A stretch of DNA of 64,000 bases from Eledone cirrhosa. Its lineage: Eukaryota. A program made the position numbers and the translations under genes. The stretch is from the NCBI GenBank assembly GCA_964016885.1, contig OZ024743.1, positions 162,192,001 to 162,256,000 on the forward strand. The letters run 5' to 3'. Of the stretch, positions 1 through 12,000 are shown in pieces; positions within the stretch are counted from its first letter, which is position 1; each line of letters starts with the position of its first letter. The notes under the pieces were generated by a model. That model did no database searches. It was not told the DNA's origin and was given only the letters and a program-made list of their open reading frames with translations.

Positions 1-177
1 CTAAACTGTGATTATTCATGTTTATTTATATGTTAATCAATCTCTAGTTATTATAAAATGCTCGGACCTACTCGTTAGAATCTTAGAGCTTATTTTGCGG
101 GTGATATGGCGCATGTCTTTCTGGCATGACACCCATAATTTTGATTTAGATTAAATTCATTTGATTTATCTTAATGT

Positions 178-211
<34 letters not shown>

Positions 212-296
212 TAAAAGGAAAAGAAAATGCTGACAAATTTTTCCCAGTGAAAAATAGTTTAATTAGGAATAAGTATAAATTAGTTTTAGTTTTAAG

Positions 297-334
297 TTTT
301 TACCGGTTGCGCATTTCTAATGCTTTTCAAAAAT
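297..334 (-). ncRNA. Degenerate minimal type I hammerhead ribozyme (U3-A8 core, A13C)
   Basis: Minus strand reads UUU-UUGAAAA-GCAU(UAGAA)AUGC-GCAA-CCGG-UA^AAA. It has a 3-bp stem I, a 4-bp stem II and a palindromic ACCGGU stem III. GAAA is mutated to GCAA. Confidence 0.4.
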
Positions 335-638
335 AATTTTGAGATAGAGCGCCCGTGATGTTTGCTCTAATCTGATCAGTTTGGGAAATTCTTCCTGTTT
401 TATGTGAAAAAAGTGGCTCCAGAGGTTTTAAGATTTGGTTGGTTCTTGAATGTCACGTGAATGAGTACTATAAATTTCGCGCCAATTCGTGTTGCAGAAA
501 TTCTTGTAGTCAAAACAATTTTGATTGGTCGGTAGAGGTCACGTGAATGTTAAAAATTGATTTTGCGCCAAATGTCGAAGAGTGTCCTTTTTCGCCTGAT
601 TGAGAAGTCACTGAAAAATAAGTCTTTTAAAACAAATA

Positions 639-710
<72 letters not shown>

Positions 711-911
711 AATTGGTGCTCTGTAATAGCGATATATATATGAATGTATATATAGTGTATTTTGCAATACACTGTATGCTTAATCAAAAAATGCGAAACA
801 GAACTCTGTCAGCTTTATCTCCCCTGTTTGCTGAAAATTAAAGTAAGTGAGACTGTCACTACTCTAAAACAATAGCATAAGGTCTTCGAAATGCTTTTAA
901 TTAAGCATACA

Positions 912-987
<76 letters not shown>

Positions 988-993
<6 letters not shown>

Positions 994-1307
994 AAGAGTG
1001 AAGAATAACATGGTTGGCTGTACAAAAAGGGTTTCATTTACAGTATTAACAATTGTTTCATTGATCAGGTGAGTCTAAAGGCCGCTAATCACTAGAAATT
1101 GCGTCACTCGATCTTAAATACAATGTGTGTCTCTGATCAAATCATCGGAATAATTTGACCAGAGACACACACTGTATTTAAGGTCGAATGACATAATTTC
1201 TAATGATTAACGGCCTTTAGACTTATTTGATCAATGAAACAATTGTTAACACTGTAAATAAAAGCCCTTTTGTAGAGCCGACCATGTTACTCTTCACTCT
1301 TTCACTA
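988..1307. repeat. ~320-bp foldback palindrome (inverted duplication of a Penelope-like pLTR-type segment)
   Basis: 988-1145 is the reverse complement of 1150-1307 (tagtgaaagagtgaaga...tcttcactctttcacta), with about 20 mismatches by hand count, mostly transitions. It abuts (TA)n. Confidence 0.9.
1044..1152 (-). ncRNA. Type I hammerhead ribozyme-like motif (U4C) in the left arm of the palindrome
   Basis: Minus strand reads UAUU-CCGAUGA-U-UUGAUCAG...CUGAUCAA-U-GAAA-C(AAUU)G-UU^AAUA. It has a 4-bp stem I, an 8-bp base of stem II and a palindromic stem III loop. Confidence 0.5.
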
Positions 1308-1563
1308 TTATTACTCCAAGCATCACCTGCATGGGAATGTCATCTTACAGGTCGGAATGTCATCTTACGCCCTCCCCTTTGTTCTACACGCCAGTTCAGC
1401 CCCCCCCCCCCCCGCCGCTATGAAGGCATTTAAGCATGTACATGACATCCCAAAACCACTGACCACTCCCCGAGACAGACAAGAAAAACAACAAATTTTT
1501 AGGATTGTTTGATTTGATACTTCTGTCTTTTTCGTTTTGACTGCATGCCCATACATGGACTGT

Positions 1564-1658
1564 ACCCCTTGATAAGTTCAGCTAGGTCCCTGCCGTCCTA
1601 ATACTGCTGGGTTAGTTCGTATCTAGCAGTCGAAACGGCCGGACTCAGCCGTCGGGGT
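1564..1658 (+). ncRNA. Type I hammerhead ribozyme, U3-A8 core variant
   Basis: ACCCC-UUGAUAA-G..GCUAG...CUAGC..C-GAAA-CGGC(CGGACUCA)GCCG-UC^GGGGU. Stem I is a perfect 5 bp, stem III is 4 bp plus A-U, and predicted cleavage is after C1653. Confidence 0.75.
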
Positions 1659-1670
1659 CCTGACTCTTTT

Positions 1671-1714
<44 letters not shown>

Positions 1715-1901
1715 CGTGTGTGTGTGTCCCAGGTTCATCGGGGGGTAACCACAGTAAGTAAGGTACTCAATATATTGGTAAAGTGTACACATCATGTTCA
1801 ATGTAGAAATTTCCTGATGGTTTTTTTTAATGAAATATTTCTAGTCCTCAAGAAGTCATTTCTATATTAAACATTATATATATATGTGTGTGTGAGAGAG
1901 A

Positions 1902-1992
<91 letters not shown>

Positions 1993-2388
1993 CATTAATT
2001 GAAAATGTTTGAAGCGCTGAGTGTACATGAATTTTCATAAAATTGTAGTAATCTCAGGATGGGTGTAGCTGTGAACAGTTGATCGCTATGTGCAAAGCAA
2101 AAAGTAGGGTTAAAATGTAACCACATATTGAGCGGAAGAACGGAGAGAGGGAAAGAATGAAAGAAATAGAGTCTAAAGCAGGAGATGAGAAATAAGAGGG
2201 ATATATATATATATATAATGAATCGAAACTTTGAATAGGGCCGACACAGCTTTGGTCGTTTTCTCACTCAACAATTTAATTAAGTCTGTATTATTAAGAG
2301 ACAAACCCCCCCAAAAATTAGAGTGCACACCTATACGTTAATTAGTGAGAAGATTGATTTCGTATAGGTGGAAATTTAGATCTTCTGG

Positions 2389-2511
2389 CCCCGAACTTTG
2401 GTTTCTGCGACTCCATCTGCTAACGGCAATCCGAATGGAACTACCGTGCGCAGAAATTAGTTAATGTTAGTTAGCATTACGTAAGTGGCTAGAATCGCTT
2501 CTTCAGTGGGG
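2389..2511 (-). ncRNA. Type I hammerhead ribozyme-like motif with long stem II
   Basis: Minus strand reads CCCCA-CUGAAGA-A-GCGAUUCUA...UGGAGUCGC-A-GAAA-C(CAAA)G-UU^CGGGG. It has a 9-bp stem II base and a CCCC/GGGG stem I with a mismatch next to the core. Confidence 0.6.
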
Positions 2512-2767
2512 ATGAGTCTCACTGGAACAGAGAGTTCCACTTAGCTATCTACCACACCACTCCGATGGATAGTGTAGTAGTAACACCGACTTTCAGTGAC
2601 ACGTTACTTGACACCAAAGAGCAAGTAAGCCAGTCTTCACCATTCTCAGTGAACACGTTGGCATTACTTCGAAAAATGAAGAACCCACGAAGCACTCAAC
2701 CAGAGACTTCCATAGAGAAAGCAAAGACATAGTTGCAAACAATTAATAAATAAATCGAACTATATAC

Positions 2768-2820
<53 letters not shown>

Positions 2821-3071
2821 CACAAAATTTAGTACAGCATCATTGAGGCTCTGATTGCAGCAAAGATAACGAATGCAGTCGGGGTGTGCAGCTAAGCACT
2901 CAATAAGGTATATTACCTTAGAGTTATAAGATTACGTTTAGACAGCTTTAAAAATTGAAGACAGCGACCGATAGACGAGCCGCAGTGACGAAAGCGGTGT
3001 GTGTGCACATATACATATACGTTTCAGGGAAGGTGTATCTAAACATTTAGATACTAATGTGTGGGTAACTG

Positions 3072-6000
3072 CTTATGTTTATATAAGTGCACACTCTTAT
3101 GTTTATATATGTGCACACTCTTATGTTTATATAAGTGCACACTCTTATGTTTATATATGTGCACACTCTTATATTTATATATGTGCACACTCTTATGTTT
3201 ATATATGTGCACACTCTAATGTTTATATATGTGCACACTCTTATGTTTATATATGTGCACACTCTTATGTTTATATAAGTGCACACTCTTATGTTTATAA
3301 ATGTGCACACTCTTATGTTTATATATGTGCACACTCCTTATGTTTATATATGTGCACACTCTTATGTTTATATATGTGCACACTCTTATGTTTATATATG
3401 TGCACACTCTTATGTTTATATATGTGCACACTCTTATGTTTATATATGTGCACACTCTTATGTTTATATATGTGCACACTCTTATGTTTATATAAGTGCA
3501 CACTCTTATGTTTATAAATGTGCACACTCTTATGTTTATATATGTGCACACTCCTTATGTTTATATATGTGCACACTCTTATGTTTATATATGTGCACAC
3601 TCTTATGTTTATATATGTGCACACTCTTATGTTTATATATGTGCACACTCTTATGTTTATATATGTGCATACTCTTATGTTTATATATGTGCACACTCTT
3701 ATGTTCATATATGTGCACACTCGTATGTTTATATAAGTGCACACTCGTATGTTTATATATGTGCACACTCTTATGTTTATATATGTGCACACTCTTATGT
3801 TTATATATGTGCACACTCTTATGTTTATATATGTGCACACTCTTATGTTTATATATGTGCACACTCTTATGTTTATATATGTGCATACCCTTATGTTTAT
3901 ATATGTGCACACTCTTATGTTCATATATGTGCACACTCGTATGTTTATATAAGTCGACACTCTTATGTTTATATATGTGCACACTCTTATGTTTATATAT
4001 GTGCACACTCTTATGTTTATATATGTGCACACTCTTATGTTTATATATGTGCACACACTTATGTTTATATAAGTGCACACTCTTATGTTTATATATGTGC
4101 ACACTCGTATGTTTATATATGTGCACACTCTTATGTTTATATATGTGCATACTCTTATGTTTATATAAGTGCACACTCTTATGTTTATATATGTGCACAC
4201 TCTTATGTGTATATATGTGCACACTCTTATGTTTATATATGTGCACACTCGTATGTTTATATATGTGCACACTCTTATGTTTATATATGTGCACACTCTT
4301 ATGTTTATATATGTGCATACTCTTATGTTTATATAAGTGCACACTCTTATGTTTATATATGTGCACACTCTTATGTTTATATATGTGCACACTCTTATGT
4401 TTATATATGTGCACACTCGTATGTTTATATATGTGCACACTCGTATGTTTATATATGTGCACACTCGTATATTTATATATGTGCACAGTCTTATATTTAT
4501 ATAAGTGCACACTCTTATGTTTATATATGTGCACACTCATTTGTTTATATATGTGCACACTCTTATGTTTATATATGTGAACACTCGTATGTTTATATAA
4601 GTGCACACTCGTATGTTTTATATATGTGCACACTCTTATGTTTATATATGTGCACACTCTTATGTTTATATATGTGCACACTATTATGTTTATATAAGTG
4701 CACACTCGTATGTTTATATATGTGCACACTCTTATAATAATATAAGTGCACACTCTTATGTTTATATAAGTGCACACTCTTATCTTTATATATGTGCACA
4801 CTCTTATGAAAATATATGTGCACACTCTTATGTTTATATAAGTGCACACTCGTATGTTTATATAAGTGCAAACTCTTATATTTATTTAAGTGCACACTCT
4901 TATGTTTATATAAGTGCACACTGTTATGTTTATATATGTGCACACTCTTATGTTTATATAAGTGCACACTCTTATGTTTATATATGTGCACGCTCTTATG
5001 AAAATATATGTGCACAGTCTTATGTTTATATATGTGCACACTCTTAAGTTTATATAAGTGAACACTCTTATATTTATATATGTGCACACTCTTATGTTTA
5101 TATATGTGCACACTCTTATGTTTATATATGTGCACACTCGTATGTTTATATATGTGCTAACTCTTAAGTTTATATAAGTGAACACTCTTATATTTATATA
5201 TGTGCACACTCTTATGTTTATATAAGTGCACACTCGTATGTTTATATATGTGCACACTCGTATGTTTATATATGTGCACACTCGTATGTTTATATAAGTG
5301 CACACTCTTATGTTTGTATAAGTGCACACAATAATGTTTATATATGTGCACACTCTTATGTTTATATAAGTGCACACTCTTATGTTTATATATGTGCATA
5401 CTCTCATGTTTATATAAGTGCACACTCGTATGTTTATATATGTGCACACTCTTATGTTTATATAAGTGCACACTCGTATGTTTATATAAGTGCACACTCT
5501 TATATTTATATAAGTGCACACTCTTATGTTTATATAAGTGCACACTGTTATGTTTATATATGTGCACACTCTTATGAAAATATATGTGCACACTCTTATG
5601 TTTATATAAGTGCACACTCGTATGTTTATATAAGTGCACACTCTTAAGTTTATATAAGTGAACACTCTTATGTTTATATATGTGCACACTCTTATGTTTA
5701 TATATGTGCACACTCTTATGTTTATATAAGTGCACACTCGTATGTTCATATATGTGCACACTCGTATGTTTATATATGTGCACACTCGTATGTTTATATA
5801 AGTGCACACTCGTATGTTTGTATAAGTGCACACACTTATGTTTATATATGTGCACACTCTTATGTTTATATAAGTGCACACTCTTATGTTTATATATGTG
5901 CACACTCTTATGTTTATATAAGTGCACACTCGTATGTTTATATATGTGCACACTCTTATGTTTATATATGTGCACACTCGTATGTTTACATAAGTGCACA

Positions 6001-9000
6001 CTCGTATGTTTATATAAGTGCACACTCTTATGTTTATATATGTGCACACTCTTATGTTTATATATGTGCACACTCGTATGTTTATATAAGTGCACACACT
6101 TATGTTTATATTTGTGCACACTCTTATGTTTATATAAGTGCACACTCTTATGTTTATATATGTGCACACTCTTATGTTTATATATGTGCACACTCTTATG
6201 TTTATATATGTGCACACTCTTATGTTTATATAAGTGCACACTCTTATGTTTATATATGTGCACACTCTTATGTTTATATATGTGCACACTCTTATGTTTA
6301 TATATGTGCACACTCGTATGTTTATATAAGTGCACACTCGTATGTATATATATGTGCACACTCTTATGTTTATATATGTGCACACGCTTATGTTTATATA
6401 TGTGCATACTCTTATGTTTATATATGTGCACACTCGTATGTTTATATAAGTGAACACTCTTATGTTTATATATGTGCACACTCTTACGTTTATATATGTG
6501 CACACTCGTATGTTTATATAAGTGCACACTCGTATGTTTATATATGTGCACACTCTTATGTTTATATATGTGCACACTCTTATGTTTATATATGTGCACA
6601 CTCGTATGTTTATATAAGTGCACACTCGTATGTTTATATATGTGCACACTCTTATGTTTATATATGTGCACACGCTTATGTTTATATATGTGCATACTCT
6701 TATGTTTATATATGTGCACACTCGTATGTTTATATAAGTGAACACTCTTATGTTTATATATGTGAACACTCTTATGTTTATATATGTGCACACTCTTATG
6801 TTTATATATGTGCACACTCTTATGTTTATATATATGCAGACTCTTATGTTTATATATGTGCACACTCGTATGTTTAAGTAAGTGCACACTCTTATGTTTA
6901 TATAAGTGCACACTCGTATGTTTATATAAGTGCACACTCTTATGTTTATATATGTGCACACTCGTATGTTTATATATGTGCACACTCTTATGTTTATATA
7001 TGTGCACACTCTTTTGTTTATATATGTGCACACTCTTATGTTTATATAAGTGCACACTCTTATGTTTATATATGTGCACACTCTTATGTTTATATATGTG
7101 CACACCCTTATGTTTATATATGTGCACACTCTTATGTTTATATATGTGCACACTCGTATTTTTATATAAGTGCACACTCGTATGTTTATATAAGTGCACA
7201 CTCTTATGTTTATATATGTGCACACTCTTATGTTTATATATGTGCACACTCGTATGTTTATATAAGTGCACACTCGTATGTTTATATATGTGCACACTCT
7301 TATGTTTATATATGTGCACACTCTTTTGTTTATATATGTGCACACTCTTATGTTTATATAAGTGCACACTCTTATGTTTATATATGTGCACACTCTTATG
7401 TTTATATATGTGCACACCCTTATGTTTATATATGTGCACACTCTTATGTTTATATATGTGCACACTCTTATGTTTATATAAGTGCACACTCTTATGTTTA
7501 TATATGTGCACACTCTTATGTTTATATATGTGCACACTCTTATGTTTATATATGTGCACACTCGTATGTTTATATAAGTGCACACTCTTATGTTTATATA
7601 AGTGCACACTCTTATGTTTATATATGTGCACACTCTTATGTTTATATATGTGCACATTCGTATGTTTATATAAGTGCACACTCTTATGTTTATATAAGTG
7701 CACACTCTTATGTTTATATAAGTGCACACTCTTATGTTTATATATGTGCACACTCTTATATTTATATATGTGCACACTCTTATGTTTATATATGTGCACA
7801 CTCTTATGTTTATATAAGTGCATACTCTTATGTTTATATATGTGCACAATCTTATGTTTATATATGTGCACACTCGTATGTTTATATAAGTGCACACTCT
7901 TATGTTTATATATGTGCACACTCGTATGTTTATATATGTGCACACTCTTATGTTTATATATGTGCACACTCTTTTGTTTATATATGTGCACACTCTTATG
8001 TTTATATAAGTGCACACTCGTATGTTTATATATGTGCACACTCGTATGTTTATATAAGTGCACACTCTTATGTTTATATATGTGCACACTCTTATGTTTA
8101 TATATGTGCACACTCTTATGTTTATATAAGTGCACACTCTTATGTTTATATAAGTGCACACTCTTATGTTTATATAAGTGCACACTCGTATGTTTATATA
8201 TGTGCACACTCGTATGTTTATATAAGTGCACACTCTTATGTTTATATATGTGCACACTCTTATGTTTATATATGTGCACACTCTTATGTTTATATAAGTG
8301 CACACTCTTATGTTTATATATGTGCACACTCGTATGTTTACATAAGTGCACACTCGTATGTTTATATAAGTGCACACTCTTATGTTTATATATGTGCACA
8401 CTCTTATGTTTATATATGTGCACACTCGTATGTTTATATAAGTGCACACACTTATGTTTATATTTGTGCACACTCTTATGTTTATATAAGTGCACACACT
8501 TATGTTTATATTTGTGCACACTCTTATGTTTATATAAGTGCACACTCTTATCTTTATATATGTGCACACTCTTATGTTTATATATGTGCACACTCTTATG
8601 TTTATATATGTGCACACTCTTATGTTTATATAAGTGCACACTCTTATGTTTATATATGTGCACACTCTTATGTTTATATATGTGCACACTCTTATGTTTA
8701 TATATGTGCACACTCTTATGTTTATATATGTGCACACTCGTATGTTTATATAAGTGCACACTCGTATGTATATATATGTGCACACTCTTATGTTTATATA
8801 TGTGCACACGCTTATGTTTATATATGTGCATACTCTTATGTTTATATATGTGCACACTCGTATGTTTATATAAGTGAACACTCTTATGTTTATATATGTG
8901 CACACTCTTACGTTTATATATGTGCACACTCGTATGTTTATATAAGTGCACACTCGTATGTTTATATATGTGCACACTCTTATGTTTATATATGTGCACA

Positions 9001-12000
9001 CTCTTATGTTTATATATGTGCACACTCGTATGTTTATATAAGTGCACACTCGTATGTTTATATATGTGCACACTCTTATGTTTATATATGTGCACACGCT
9101 TATGTTTATATATGTGCATACTCTTATGTTTATATATGTGCACACTCGTATGTTTATATAAGTGAACACTCTTATGTTTATATATGTGAACACTCTTATG
9201 TTTATATATGTGCACACTCTTATGTTTATATATGTGCACACTCTTATGTTTATATATATGCAGACTCTTATGTTTATATATGTGCACACTCGTATGTTTA
9301 AGTAAGTGCACACTCTTATGTTTATATAAGTGCACACTCGTATGTTTATATAAGTGCACACTCTTATGTTTATATATGTGCACACTCGTATGTTTATATA
9401 TGTGCACACTCTTATGTTTATATATGTGCACACTCTTTTGTTTATATATGTGCACACTCTTATGTTTATATAAGTGCACACTCTTATGTTTATATATGTG
9501 CACACTCTTATGTTTATATATGTGCACACCCTTATGTTTATATATGTGCACACTCTTATGTTTATATATGTGCACACTCGTATTTTTATATAAGTGCACA
9601 CTCGTATGTTTATATAAGTGCACACTCTTATGTTTATATATGTGCACACTCTTATGTTTATATATGTGCACACTCGTATGTTTATATAAGTGCACACTCG
9701 TATGTTTATATATGTGCACACTCTTATGTTTATATATGTGCACACTCTTTTGTTTATATATGTGCACACTCTTATGTTTATATAAGTGCACACTCTTATG
9801 TTTATATATGTGCACACTCTTATGTTTATATATGTGCACACCCTTATGTTTATATATGTGCACACTCTTATGTTTATATATGTGCACACTCTTATGTTTA
9901 TATAAGTGCACACTCTTATGTTTATATATGTGCACACTCTTATGTTTATATATGTGCACACTCTTATGTTTATATATGTGCACACTCGTATGTTTATATA
10001 AGTGCACACTCTTATGTTTATATAAGTGCACACTCTTATGTTTATATATGTGCACACTCTTATGTTTATATATGTGCACATTCGTATGTTTATATAAGTG
10101 CACACTCTTATGTTTATATAAGTGCACACTCTTATGTTTATATAAGTGCACACTCTTATGTTTATATATGTGCACACTCTTATATTTATATATGTGCACA
10201 CTCTTATGTTTATATATGTGCACACTCTTATGTTTATATAAGTGCATACTCTTATGTTTATATATGTGCACAATCTTATGTTTATATATGTGCACACTCG
10301 TATGTTTATATAAGTGCACACTCTTATGTTTATATATGTGCACACTCGTATGTTTATATATGTGCACACTCTTATGTTTATATATGTGCACACTCTTTTG
10401 TTTATATATGTGCACACTCTTATGTTTATATAAGTGCACACTCGTATGTTTATATATGTGCACACTCGTATGTTTATATAAGTGCACACTCTTATGTTTA
10501 TATATGTGCACACTCTTATGTTTATATATGTGCACACTCTTATGTTTATATAAGTGCACACTCTTATGTTTATATAAGTGCACACTCTTATGTTTATATA
10601 AGTGCACACTCTTATGTTTATATAAGTGCACACTCTTATGTTTATATAAGTGCACACTCTTTTGTTTATATATGTGCACACTCTTATGTTTATATATGTG
10701 CACACTCTTATGTTTATATATGTGCACACCCTTATGTTTATATATGTGCACACTCTTATGTTTATATATGTGCACACTCTTATGTTTATATAAGTGCACA
10801 CTCTTATGTTTATATATGTGCACACTCTTATGTTTATATATGTGCACACTCTTATGTTTATATATGTGCACACACTTATGTTTATATATGTGCACACTCT
10901 TATGTTTATATATGTGCACACTCTTATGTTTATATAAGTGCACACTCGTATGTTTATATATGTGCACACTCTTATGTTTATATATGTGCACACTCTTATG
11001 TTTATATATGTGCACACTCGTATTTTTATATAAGTGCACACTCGTATGTTTATATAAGTGCACACTCTTATGTTTATATATGTGCACACTCTTATGTTTA
11101 TATATGTGCACACTCGTATGTTTATATAAGTGCACACTCATATGTTTATATATGTGCACACTCTTATGTTTATATAAGTGCACACTCGTATGTTTATATA
11201 AGTGCACACACTTATGTTTATATATGTGCACACTCTTATGTTTATATAAGTGCACACTCTTATGTTTATATATGTGCACATTCTTATGTTTATATAAGTG
11301 CACACTCGTATGTTTATATATGTGCACACTCTTATGTTTATATATGTGCACACTCTTATGTTTATATATGTGCACACTCGTATGTTTATATAAGTGCACA
11401 CTCGTATGTTTATATATGTGCACACTCTTATGTTTATATATGTGCACACGCTTATGTTTATATATGTGCACACTCTTATGTTTATATAAGTGAACACTCT
11501 TATGTTTATATATGTGCACACTCTTATGTTTATATATGTGCACACTCTTATGTTTATATATGTGCAGTCTCTTATGTTTATATATGTGCACACTCGTATG
11601 TTTATGTAAGTGCACACTCTTATGTTTATATAAGTGCACACTCTTATGTTTATATAAGTGCACACTCTTATGTTTATATAAATGCACACTCTTATGTTTA
11701 TATATGTGCACACTCTTATGTTTATATATGTGCACACTCTTATGTTTATATATGTGCACACTCTTTTGTTTATATATGTGCACACTCTTATGTTTATATA
11801 TGTGCACACTCTTATGTTTATATATGTGCACACTCTTATGTTTATATATGTGCACACTCTTATGTTTATATATGTGCACACTCTTATGTTCATATATGTG
11901 CACACTCTTATGTTTATATAAGTGCACACTCGTATGTTTATATATGTGCACACTCTTATTTTTATATATGTGCACACTCTTATGTTTATATAAGTGCACA

